64,000 bases of DNA, taken from assembly GCA_018826075.1 (NCBI GenBank), contig JAHKAJ010000024.1, positions 145,694-209,693 of the forward strand, written 5' to 3'. The number at the start of each line of letters is the position of its first letter. The first letter of the stretch is position 1. Both the position numbers and the translations under genes were made by a program. The DNA is from Candidatus Omnitrophota bacterium. GTDB taxonomy: Bacteria; Omnitrophota; Gorgyraeia; Duberdicusellales; 4484-171. The notes beneath the pieces were generated by a model. The model saw nothing but the letters and a program-made list of their open reading frames with translations. It was not told where the DNA came from and searched no databases. This document shows, piece after piece, positions 18,333 through 27,177 of this stretch.

Positions 18333-19210
18333 TTTGCCCGCGGATGTGCTTTTAAATATACGTTTTTTAATGAATCAATGGTCAAATGGGTATAGATTTG
18401 AGTCGAGGATATCGTCGAATGCCCCAAGAGTTCCTGCACACTTCGCAGATCTGCCCCCCGGTTTAAAAGATGAGTAGCAAAGGAATGCCGAAAGGTGTGC
18501 GGTGAAACATGAAGGGTTAAAGCTGCTTTTTTCATATATTTAGTAATAATCCCTCTGACCCCCCGGTCAGTTAAAGCCTGAGAGCGCTTATTGATAAATA
18601 AAGCCTGGGAATTATCCAAACGGGCATCCAAGTATTGCTTAAGACAGTTTATTGCCGGTTCACCCAGAGGCAGAAGGCGTTCTTTACGGCCCTTACCCTT
18701 GACTTTTACCATGCCGCCGATCAGATCGACCCCGTCTCTTTTTAAAGCCATCATCTCCGAGATCCGGGCGCCGGTGGAATAAAGGAATTCCAACATTGCC
18801 TTATCCCTTAAAACCAATACTCCGTCACCTTTGGGCAGATCTAAAACTTGTCCGACCTCTTTTTCGGTTAAAAACTTAGGCAGGGGCTTATCCAGGCGCG
18901 GATAAATCAAAGAAGCCGCCGGATTATTTTTAGCGATACCCTCCCGAACAATGAATTTAAAAAAACTTTTTAAAGTCGAGATCTTTCGGGAAAGAGTCCG
19001 TTTATTCAGTTTTTTTTCGCTTAAAACCCCTAGGAATTTACGCAGAATAAAATAGTCGATATTCTTAATATCCTGGCAGGTGCGTGAATCAAGAAACCCT
19101 GAAAATTCCCGTAGATCCCGCTGATAGTTAGAAATAGTATGCGGAGAATAATTTTTCTCGATTTCCAGATAATTTAAAAACTTATCGATATAGTATGAAA
19201 ATGAATCCAT
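18329..19210 (-). CDS. xerC: Tyrosine recombinase XerC/XerD
   Basis: YSPHTISNY, LYSTGARISE, GKGRKER, SPHTFRHSFATHLL, LGH..ISSTQIYTH; in dprA-topA-xerC synteny; start trimmed to ATG 19210. Confidence 0.85.
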   Translation of the reverse strand: MDSFSYYIDKFLNYLEIEKNYSPHTISNYQRDLREFSGFLDSRTCQDIKNIDYFILRKFLGVLSEKKLNKRTLSRKISTLKSFFKFIVREGIAKNNPAASLIYPRLDKPLPKFLTEKEVGQVLDLPKGDGVLVLRDKAMLEFLYSTGARISEMMALKRDGVDLIGGMVKVKGKGRKERLLPLGEPAINCLKQYLDARLDNSQALFINKRSQALTDRGVRGIITKYMKKAALTLHVSPHTFRHSFATHLLNRGADLRSVQELLGHSTISSTQIYTHLTIDSLKNVYLKAHPRAK

Positions 19211-19229
19211 GTTCTTAACTTCTCTTGAC

Positions 19230-21191
19230 CTATTCCTGATCCTCTTCTGAAGTATTCTCAACCCCGGGAAGATTACGGCTGGTATAGGTGCATTTGGGAA
19301 AACTACTGCAGCCAAAGAAAACCTGGCCGCGTTTATTGCGCCGCTCGACCAATTTACCCTCTTTACATTGCGGACAAACTACATCGGTAGTTATACTTTC
19401 AGCGTATTTACATTTTGGAAAATGCTCGCAACTTAAAAAGCGGCCCTTTCGCGACCATTTAATGATCATCCGGCCGCTGCATTTGGTACAATGTTTGTCC
19501 GAGTACTCGATTTCCTTTTGGGCCTGGCTTAAAGAATCCTCAACCCGCTGTTTAAACTGGGGGTAAAAATCTGTTAAGATCTTGTGCCACTCAATACTGC
19601 CGCGCTCGACTTCATCCAGTTTCTCTTCCATTAAAGCGGTAAAACCGTCATTCATCACCTGGGGAAAAAACTCCTCCAGCAGTTTGATCACCTTTATCCC
19701 CAGGTCAGTGGGGATAAAACTGCGCCTTTCCCGGCGGGCATAATTTCGCTTGATCAAAGTGAAGATTATCGGAGCATAAGTCGACGGCCGGCCAATACCT
19801 TTTTCTTCAAGCAAGCGCACCAGTGATGCGTCATTGTAGCGGGCCGGAGGCTTAGTGGTATGTTCGGTCAGTTGAAAATCTTCATTAACCAGCTTCTGGC
19901 CTTCTTGAAGTTTAGGCAAGGGGTTGTCGGACTCAGAATCAAAAACTTTAAGATAGCCAGGAAAAACCACCCTTCGGCCGTCAGCCGAGAATTCGGAATT
20001 ATCAGAAACAATGACCGCTTTCTGCTGTTCCAAAAGCGCTTCTTTCATTGTAGTCGCCAGGAAACGGCGCCAGATCAACTCATAGAGTTTTAACTCATCT
20101 TCGGAAAGATGTGCTGCCAAGTCCTGAGGTTTTCGGTAAATGCTGGTGGGCCGGATCGCTTCATGAGCCAGCTGGGCGCCTTTTTTCTTTTTATAATGGT
20201 ATTCTTTTTCAGCCAGATATTCTTTTCCGAAATTTTCAGTAATAAACTCTTTGGCTTCGCTGCGGGCCTTAGGGCTGACATGAAAAGAATCAGTACGCAT
20301 ATAAGTGATCAAACCAGTGCTTTCCTCGTTGACCTGGATACCTTCATAAAGCTTTTGAGCCAGCATCATGGTCTTTTGGGCTGAAAACCTAAGTTTATTA
20401 AAGGCGTCTTGCTGTAAAAGCGAAGTTATATAAGGTGACGGCGGTTTGCGGGAGATATTACGCCGGGTCAAGGCCTTGACTGTAAATTCCTGGCCACGAA
20501 TATCGGAAATACATTTTTCAGCTTCCTGACGGTGGTCAAAAATTCCCTTTTTGCCTTTATATTTAGTAAGTTTAGCTTTAAGGCTTTCCTGGGCAGCTTT
20601 AAACTGAGCCAGGACCGAATAAGTAGTCTGGGGCAAAAACAGCCCGATCTCTTTTTCCCGTTCAACAACAAATTTTAAAGCGATCGACTGGACTCTTCCG
20701 GCCGAAAGCCCCCGGACGATCTTCTTCCATAACAACGGTGAAAGATTGTAGCCGACAATCCTATCCAGGACCCGTCGGGCGATCTGGGAGTTAACTTTAT
20801 CCAAATCCAGGCTTCCCGGATGTTTGAAAGCAACCTTTAAAGCCTCGGAAGTTATTTCATGAAAAACTACCCGGCTGAATTTTGAATTTTTGTCGGCGAT
20901 CTGTTCCTTGATGTGCCAGCTTATGGCCTCGCCTTCCCGGTCAGGGTCGGTAGCCAGATAGATGATTTTTTTATTCTTGGCTTTTTTCTTTAATTGGCTG
21001 ACTACTTTTTCTTTTCCCGAGATCACCCGGTACTTTGGCTCAAAGTTATTTTCCACATCTACCGAGATCTTATTGGCCGGTAAATCCACCAGATGGCCCA
21101 TCGAAGATACCACTTCATAATCCGGGCCGAGAATCGAAGAAATAGTCTTTGCTTTTGTCGGTGACTCAACAATAACCAAGTATTTGCTCAT
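19230..21191 (-). CDS. topA: DNA topoisomerase I
   Basis: LVIVESPTKAKTI, LATDPDREGE, SAGRVQS, ITYMRTDS, two C-terminal Zn ribbons; start trimmed to ATG 21191. Confidence 0.96.
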   Translation of the reverse strand: MSKYLVIVESPTKAKTISSILGPDYEVVSSMGHLVDLPANKISVDVENNFEPKYRVISGKEKVVSQLKKKAKNKKIIYLATDPDREGEAISWHIKEQIADKNSKFSRVVFHEITSEALKVAFKHPGSLDLDKVNSQIARRVLDRIVGYNLSPLLWKKIVRGLSAGRVQSIALKFVVEREKEIGLFLPQTTYSVLAQFKAAQESLKAKLTKYKGKKGIFDHRQEAEKCISDIRGQEFTVKALTRRNISRKPPSPYITSLLQQDAFNKLRFSAQKTMMLAQKLYEGIQVNEESTGLITYMRTDSFHVSPKARSEAKEFITENFGKEYLAEKEYHYKKKKGAQLAHEAIRPTSIYRKPQDLAAHLSEDELKLYELIWRRFLATTMKEALLEQQKAVIVSDNSEFSADGRRVVFPGYLKVFDSESDNPLPKLQEGQKLVNEDFQLTEHTTKPPARYNDASLVRLLEEKGIGRPSTYAPIIFTLIKRNYARRERRSFIPTDLGIKVIKLLEEFFPQVMNDGFTALMEEKLDEVERGSIEWHKILTDFYPQFKQRVEDSLSQAQKEIEYSDKHCTKCSGRMIIKWSRKGRFLSCEHFPKCKYAESITTDVVCPQCKEGKLVERRNKRGQVFFGCSSFPKCTYTSRNLPGVENTSEEDQE

Positions 21192-21196
21192 TATAT

Positions 21197-22081
21197 TTAG
21201 TTTACCTCCAATTGGGCAAAATTCAGGTTTAGCTCTTCGATAATGTCCTCCAAACAATCCACTAATTTAGCGCCTTGTTTGATCAACTGATGAGTTCCCT
21301 TGCTCATCAAAGAATCAGCTCCTCCAGGCAAAGCAAACACTTCCCGGTTCTGTTCGCAGGCTAAACGGGCGGTGATTAAAGCCCCGCTTCTCTGGGCAGC
21401 TTCCACCACTAAAACTCCCCTGGTCAGCCCGCTGACAATCCGGTTTCTCCGGGGAAAATTATCCGGATGAGGCAAAACCCCCAAGGGAAATTCTGAAACT
21501 ACTGCTCCGGACTCGACGATCTGGTTAAACAACCGGGTATTTTCTTTAGGATAAACATTCAGCAATCCGCTGCCTAAAACCGCAACTGTCCGGCCGTTTT
21601 TTAAGGCCGCCTGGTGAGTAGCAGTATCAATACCCCGGGCTAAACCGGAAACAATGCCGATCCCCAACTTGGAAAGTTCAGTTGAATATTTTCCGGCTAA
21701 ACTCAACCCATAGGCACTGGCTTTACGGCTGCCGACAATCGCCAGAAGATATTTATTTAAAACTGAGAGATCTCCTTTAACATATAAGACTAACGGCGGA
21801 TGGCTGATCTCTTTGAGCAAATCCGGATATTGCGCATCAAAAATATCTAAACAGTTGACTTTGTGTTTTTCAATTAAGCCCATTTCTTGATCTAGGCGAC
21901 GCAGGATTTTAGGGCTTAGGACGGCTTCGATGTCAGCGGCAGTCAAAGAACCCACCCGGCTTAAATCAGAATAACCAGCTTCTAAGATCAGGTCAGGGTC
22001 AGGAAAAACCTTGATTACATCAATAATCTTTTTTCCTGAAAAGTTTAAAAGATTTAATAACAGCGATCCTTTCTTAGGCAT
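21197..22081 (-). CDS. dprA: DNA-processing protein DprA (short form)
   Basis: AIVGSR, VSGLARGID, FPRRNRIVSGL, VVEAAQRSGALITA. Confidence 0.93.
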   Translation of the reverse strand: MPKKGSLLLNLLNFSGKKIIDVIKVFPDPDLILEAGYSDLSRVGSLTAADIEAVLSPKILRRLDQEMGLIEKHKVNCLDIFDAQYPDLLKEISHPPLVLYVKGDLSVLNKYLLAIVGSRKASAYGLSLAGKYSTELSKLGIGIVSGLARGIDTATHQAALKNGRTVAVLGSGLLNVYPKENTRLFNQIVESGAVVSEFPLGVLPHPDNFPRRNRIVSGLTRGVLVVEAAQRSGALITARLACEQNREVFALPGGADSLMSKGTHQLIKQGAKLVDCLEDIIEELNLNFAQLEVN

Positions 22082-22584
22082 TATTCATCCAGGATCTTTT
22101 TGATCTTAACCGCCACTTCCTCAGGCTTAAGGCCATCAGTATTGACCTGATGCTCTGCCTGTTCATAACAGAACTTTCTTTTTTCTAATAACTCTTTGAT
22201 TGTTTTTAACCGATTGTTAACCTTAAGCAGCGGACGACAAATATGTTTTTCAGTCCGTTGTTCGATGACCTCCGGCGATGCCGTAAGACAGATCAACAAC
22301 CCGCTGTTTTTAAGCAAAGTCAGATTAGCCGGATCGCAAACCAGGCCGCCGCCGCAGCTAACTACTAAATCAGCCTTTAAGGCTAGCTTTCTAAGCAGCT
22401 CCTGTTCAAGGCTCCGAAAATATACTTCGCCTTCTTCAGCGAAGATCTGGAGAATGGTTTTCCCCTGGCTTTTTTCGATCAAAGCATCCATCTCCACAAA
22501 CTCCCGGCCCAGTTGCTCAGCCAGAAGCCTGCCGACCAGGCTCTTGCCAGTCCCCATAAACCCCACTATATATATGTTTTTCAT
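22081..22584 (-). CDS. aroK: Shikimate kinase
   Basis: GFMGTGKS, GEVYFRSLE, SCGGG, RPLL. Confidence 0.92.
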   Translation of the reverse strand: MKNIYIVGFMGTGKSLVGRLLAEQLGREFVEMDALIEKSQGKTILQIFAEEGEVYFRSLEQELLRKLALKADLVVSCGGGLVCDPANLTLLKNSGLLICLTASPEVIEQRTEKHICRPLLKVNNRLKTIKELLEKRKFCYEQAEHQVNTDGLKPEEVAVKIKKILDE

Positions 22585-22628
22585 AGGCTTAGCGCTCCTA
22601 AATACGATGTGCTATATAGGTAAGTAGT

Positions 22629-22656
22629 ATTATCAGAGATTTAAGAAAATTGTCAA
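22629..22656 (-). promoter_or_regulatory. Putative sigma70 promoter upstream of aroK
   Basis: Minus strand TTGACA-16 nt-GATAAT. Confidence 0.5.
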
Positions 22657-22715
22657 GGCAGGATTATAAAAGACTTGAAAAGGCTGGGGTGATTTGAGTG
22701 GGACCTGTCCCCAAT

Positions 22716-23879
22716 TTATTTGCCGTACTTTTTGATCAGTTCTAAGCCGATGATGTTGCGCTGGATTTGGTTAGTGCCTTCATAGATCTGGGTGATTTTT
22801 GCATCACGCATGAATTTTTCAATCGGGTAATCGCGCATATAACCGTAACCGCCGTAGATCTGAACGGCATTAGTAGTCACTTCCATGGCCACATCCGAAG
22901 CAAACATCTTAGCCGCGGCTGAAGCAGTTCCAACATCTTTTAAGCCCCGGTCGACCATTCCAGCACAGGCATAGACTAAGCTGCGGGCAGCTTCAGTCTT
23001 GGTCGCCATATCCGCCAGCATCCACTGAATGCCCTGAAAAGAGCTTATCGGCTTACCGAACTGCACTCTTTGGTGAGCATACTGGGTAGCCAACTCCAAA
23101 GCTCCTTGAGCAATACCCACTGCCTGAGCTGCCACTCCCGGACGAGACTGGTCAAATGTCTTCATCGTAGCAATAAAACCGATACCTTCACGATTACCCA
23201 AAAGATTCTCCTTGGGCACTTTAGCATCATTAAAAATCAGTTCTCCGGTCGATGAAGCCCGGATACCTAATTTTTCTTCCTTTTTCCCGAAAGTAAATCC
23301 CGGGGTCCCTTTCTCTACGATAAAGGCCGAAACTCCCCGGGGGCCTCTGGCTTTATTAGTAACGGCGATTATAGTATAGATCTGAGCATCTCCGCCATTG
23401 GTAATAAAATGTTTAGTCCCGTTTAAAATGTAGTGATCACCGTCTTTTTTAGCCGTAGTCTTGACTGCTGCCGCATCAGAACCAGCTTCCGGTTCAGTCA
23501 GGCCAAAGGCAGCCAGATGTTTTCCTGAAGCAATATCCGGCAAATACTTTTTCTTCTGCTCTTCGGTCCCGAACAAAAGGATCGGAAACATACCTAAAAA
23601 CGATGCAGCATAAGCAGTAGCCACGCCTCCATCGACCCGGGATATCTCCTCGGTAGCAATGCACAATTCGAGCAACCCTGTGCCCATGCCTCCGTAGGCC
23701 TCAGGAATACAGAGTGAAAAAAGGTCTGACTTGCCAAGAGTCTTGATAATCTCAGCCGGAAATTCTTCCTTTTCATCCAACTCCCGCGAAAACGGACGGA
23801 TCTTTTCTTCAGCTATCTGACGGCACAACTGGCGTAACATTTTCTGATCTTCAGTATGATTGTAATCAACAAGAAACAT
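22716..23879 (-). CDS. Acyl-CoA dehydrogenase (butyryl-CoA DH-like)
   Basis: FGLTEPEAGSDA, NGTKHFITNG, KLGIRASST, RVQFGKPI, RDAKITQIYEGTNQIQR. Confidence 0.93.
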   Translation of the reverse strand: MFLVDYNHTEDQKMLRQLCRQIAEEKIRPFSRELDEKEEFPAEIIKTLGKSDLFSLCIPEAYGGMGTGLLELCIATEEISRVDGGVATAYAASFLGMFPILLFGTEEQKKKYLPDIASGKHLAAFGLTEPEAGSDAAAVKTTAKKDGDHYILNGTKHFITNGGDAQIYTIIAVTNKARGPRGVSAFIVEKGTPGFTFGKKEEKLGIRASSTGELIFNDAKVPKENLLGNREGIGFIATMKTFDQSRPGVAAQAVGIAQGALELATQYAHQRVQFGKPISSFQGIQWMLADMATKTEAARSLVYACAGMVDRGLKDVGTASAAAKMFASDVAMEVTTNAVQIYGGYGYMRDYPIEKFMRDAKITQIYEGTNQIQRNIIGLELIKKYGK

Positions 23880-23902
23880 AGTTTTCCTCCTATCGGTAAA
23901 TT

Positions 23903-24358
23903 TTATTTAACCTTTAAAATGACCGCATGCTCGCAGCAGTTAGGGAAAGATAAACAATTAATACAGTCACTCCAGATCTTATGCGGTAACTCTTTACGGT
24001 CTATCTCTTTAAACCCGAGTTTCTTAAAAAACTCTGGAACAAAAGTCAAAGCAAAAATATTCTTTACCCCTAGTTTTGCGGCTTCCTGGATGCACTTTTT
24101 AACCAGTTGGCGGCCAACGCCCCTAGACTGCATTTTTTTAGTCACCACTAATGATTTAATCTCACCCAGATCTTCCCAACCGACCACTGAAAGCCCACAG
24201 CAACCGACGATCCGCTGGCCTTGAACATAAACCCAGAAATCGCGGATGTTCTCATAAACATAGTTCAAAGAACGTTCAAGAAGCCGGCCTTTTTTAGCCC
24301 AGGCATTGATCAGCTGCTGAATCTCTTTACTATCGGATAAAGTCGCTTTGCGTATCAT
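23903..24358 (-). CDS. GNAT N-acetyltransferase (short ArgA-like N-acetylglutamate synthase family)
   Basis: YENIRDF, EIKSLVV, QSRGVGRQLV, FALT, LPHKIWSDCINC..FPNC.E. Confidence 0.8.
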   Translation of the reverse strand: MIRKATLSDSKEIQQLINAWAKKGRLLERSLNYVYENIRDFWVYVQGQRIVGCCGLSVVGWEDLGEIKSLVVTKKMQSRGVGRQLVKKCIQEAAKLGVKNIFALTFVPEFFKKLGFKEIDRKELPHKIWSDCINCLSFPNCCEHAVILKVK

Positions 24359-24987
24359 TGGAAAAAGAAGGTCAGACCGGCTAAATACATTTTAGCATCA
24401 ATCCCTCGGTTAGGCGCCTTGATGCTGGCATTGGAAAGATGACGATGGCGGTATTCACAACTTAAAGCCAGGTTTTCTTTTAAATAGAAATGCAAGCCTG
24501 CTGCCCCCTGCGGTAGAAAATTCCATTGGGTAGACTGCTCTTCGGTATCTTGAGTCATATAGATTAAGCCTACGCCTCCTTTAAGATAAGGTTGCAAGCG
24601 TGGGTGTAGCGGAAAGGCATATTCAAATAAAAAGTTTGAGCCTAGTTCAACATTCCCGGAAGGGCGAGTAGAAAGGTTAACGAATGGTTCGAGGATAAAG
24701 TCGAAACGACCTTTGGTGTGAAGGCCAAACTTAGACAGAATTGGCCTGCCATCATAACCCAAGGAAACCAGCATCGATATCCCCCGATTATCATGCTCGG
24801 ACTTCATATCTTCATCAAGAAACCCGGTAAAAAAACCGATAGCGTGCAACCCTTCTCCGCCGGAAGTTGATTCAACCTTTTCGGCCACCGGAGATTTTTC
24901 CAATAAGTCCAAAGTTTTACCGACATCGGCAAAAGCCAATCCGGAACTGATCAAAAACCCCAGTAATAATAAGGTAATTTTTTTCAT
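24355..24987 (-). CDS. PagL-like lipid A 3-O-deacylase / acyloxyacyl hydrolase, outer-membrane beta-barrel
   Basis: Signal peptide MKKITLLLL...AFA, QPYLKGGVG, YRHRHLSNASIK.PNRG, C-terminal aromatic residues. Confidence 0.78.
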   Translation of the reverse strand: MKKITLLLLGFLISSGLAFADVGKTLDLLEKSPVAEKVESTSGGEGLHAIGFFTGFLDEDMKSEHDNRGISMLVSLGYDGRPILSKFGLHTKGRFDFILEPFVNLSTRPSGNVELGSNFLFEYAFPLHPRLQPYLKGGVGLIYMTQDTEEQSTQWNFLPQGAAGLHFYLKENLALSCEYRHRHLSNASIKAPNRGIDAKMYLAGLTFFFQ

Positions 24988-24995
24988 GCGGTATT

Positions 24996-25024
24996 ATTAT
25001 AACTAAAAACTTTTTAAAATGCAA
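24996..25024 (-). promoter_or_regulatory. sigma70 promoter, probably producing a leaderless mRNA
   Basis: TTGCAT-17 nt-TATAAT, then 8 nt to the ATG at 24987; no SD. Confidence 0.65.
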
Positions 25025-25028
25025 CTTT

Positions 25029-26261
25029 TTATTGAAACAATAAAGGAATGATCTCGGAGATGGTCGGGTGGATAAAAAGAGATTGCTTCAAATCATCCAG
25101 CTTTAAACCGTTTTTTATGGCCAGCGAAACGGTATTGATCAATTCAGCGGCAGTTTCGGAAATAATCCCGGCCCCGATTATTTTTCCCTGTTGATCGACC
25201 AAGACTTTTATATACCCGTCAGTGTCACCGTAAACATAGCTGGATGAGAATCTTAAAAAATTGGACTTGATGATAGTGATTTTGATCCCCCTGGCCTCAG
25301 CCTCTTTTTCCAACAGGCCGACCCGGGCAATTTGGGGTTTGGAAAAAACCGCTTCCGGAAGGCCGAAGTAATCTTCTCTGATATTTTTTCCAGTTATGTT
25401 TTTAACACAAAGATTACCCTGATATTCGGCAACATAAGCCAAAAGTTTTTTACCGGTGACATCTCCACAGGCATAAATATGTCCCTGGGAACTGCGTAAA
25501 TATTCATCAGTCCTGATCCAGCCCTGTTTATCGATTGAAACTTGCGAATTTTCTATATTTAAACTATCCAGGTTAGCGGTTCTTCCAGTAGCTGAAACTA
25601 CCAGGCCGAATCGGTCAAAATCAAATTTAGCTGAGTCAACTCCGGTTTCAATAACTATGCCCCGTTTTTCCAAAATAACCCGCAGGCGCCGGGTAAGCTG
25701 TGAATCAAAACCTAATAAGATATCGTCTTCTTTTTCGATCAGGCGGACGCGTTTACCCAAACTATTTAACAAAGATGCTAATTCTATACCGATATAACCT
25801 GCTCCGACGATCAAAACCTGATCAGCTAAATCCGGCCGGCTAAAAATCTCCTCAGCCAAAACAACACTACCTGACTTAAAAATATTTTTCGGGACTGAAC
25901 CAGAGGCAATAATGATATTTTTAGCCGAAAATTTACTGCCTTTACAATCCAAGGTATTTTTATCCTGGAAAACCACCTGGCCAAAAACAATGTCTAAACC
26001 GTTTTTTTTTAAAGAATCTATAAGCGGTGATTTGATTTTTCCGATGGTTTCTTTTAACTGGGCTTTGAGTTGGCTCCAGGATTGGCCGGATTTAGAATTA
26101 TGAAGAAGAAATTTAGTGGGAATGCATCCCCGGTTAAGGCAGGTTCCGCCAAAGCTGTCCTGGCTACGCTCAAACAATACAGTTTTCAAGCCAGCGCTTC
26201 TGGCAGCCCTGGCCGCAGCAATACCAGCTGGCCCGGCTCCAATAATCGCTAGATCGTACAT
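25029..26261 (-). CDS. lpdA: Dihydrolipoamide dehydrogenase-like flavoprotein disulfide reductase (short, 410 aa)
   Basis: IIGAGPAG, GGTCLNRGCIPTK, GAGYIGIE, YACGDV, HPTISE. Confidence 0.8.
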   Translation of the reverse strand: MYDLAIIGAGPAGIAAARAARSAGLKTVLFERSQDSFGGTCLNRGCIPTKFLLHNSKSGQSWSQLKAQLKETIGKIKSPLIDSLKKNGLDIVFGQVVFQDKNTLDCKGSKFSAKNIIIASGSVPKNIFKSGSVVLAEEIFSRPDLADQVLIVGAGYIGIELASLLNSLGKRVRLIEKEDDILLGFDSQLTRRLRVILEKRGIVIETGVDSAKFDFDRFGLVVSATGRTANLDSLNIENSQVSIDKQGWIRTDEYLRSSQGHIYACGDVTGKKLLAYVAEYQGNLCVKNITGKNIREDYFGLPEAVFSKPQIARVGLLEKEAEARGIKITIIKSNFLRFSSSYVYGDTDGYIKVLVDQQGKIIGAGIISETAAELINTVSLAIKNGLKLDDLKQSLFIHPTISEIIPLLFQ

Positions 26262-27166
26262 TCTTTAAAAAGTTTTGCCGACTTTTCTAAAGCTAAACGC
26301 TCTTTTTTAGTCAATTCGACTTCTACAATTTTAGCAATCCCCTGGCGATTGATCAAACAGGGAACTCCCAGACAAACGTCTTTTAAACCGTATTCCCCGT
26401 TAAGTAAACTAGAAACCGGCAAAAGTTCATTTTTATCGTAAGCAATAGCCTCGATCAATTTTAAGCAGGCAGCTGCCGGCCCAAAGCGGGCGCTGCCCTT
26501 CTTTAGAAACCCGACTATTTCAGCTCCCCGTTGTTTGACCCTCTCCTGGACGGCTTTAAGATTATTTTCATCTAAAACCGAACCAAGCTCTTTGGTAGCT
26601 AAACTTACCCGTTGGGGCTCAACGATCATATCAGGGCTATGAGCTCCATAGACAAAACCACTCATCGATGACACCGCGACTCCGGTCAAGTTGTAAAGAA
26701 TATTGAACAGGCGGTTAGTGTCTAAAGACGAACCCATGCCGATGACTTTTCGGCGGTCAAAACCAAATTCACTGGCTACCAGGTAAGTGATAAGATCCAG
26801 GGGGTTGGTAACTACGATGATTATTGCCGAGCCGGAATTTTTCTTGACCTTAGCGGCTACATCCCTGACCACACCCGAATTCATCTTTAACAGATCCTGA
26901 CGGCTCATCCCCTTTTGGCGGGCAAACCCGGCAGTGATAACCACCAGGTCAGAATCTTTGATTGCCGAAAAATCGCTACTGCCGGAGATCTTAGTCCCGA
27001 ATTTAAATGCTCCCCGGCAATCTTCTAAATCCAAACACAAGCCGGCGGCCAAATCCTGATCGATATCTATGAATACTAACTCATTGAATGACAGCTGGTT
27101 AAGCAGCATAGCCCCTAAACTAGAGCCAACTCCTCCGGCACCGATTATCGAAATTTTATTGATCAT
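26249..27166 (-). CDS. mdh: Malate dehydrogenase (LDH-like MDH)
   Basis: IGAGGVG, AGFARQKGMSRQDLL (Arg at the MDH specificity position), VTNPLD, LDTNR, GAH. Confidence 0.85.
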   Translation of the reverse strand: MINKISIIGAGGVGSSLGAMLLNQLSFNELVFIDIDQDLAAGLCLDLEDCRGAFKFGTKISGSSDFSAIKDSDLVVITAGFARQKGMSRQDLLKMNSGVVRDVAAKVKKNSGSAIIIVVTNPLDLITYLVASEFGFDRRKVIGMGSSLDTNRLFNILYNLTGVAVSSMSGFVYGAHSPDMIVEPQRVSLATKELGSVLDENNLKAVQERVKQRGAEIVGFLKKGSARFGPAAACLKLIEAIAYDKNELLPVSSLLNGEYGLKDVCLGVPCLINRQGIAKIVEVELTKKERLALEKSAKLFKECTI

Positions 27167-27177
27167 AGGCTTAAAAT

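Noticed and set aside
18329-19210. Tyrosine recombinase as a phage or island integrase
   Set aside because: XerC-like length and motifs in the housekeeping dprA-topA-xerC context; no att repeats, adjacent tRNA or cargo genes.
24105-24128. CGCCCCTAG, and GTAGGGGC at about 5185, as extra REP copies
   Set aside because: Single arms without a partner, explained by conserved coding motifs (GNAT SRGVG; ferredoxin SCPY).
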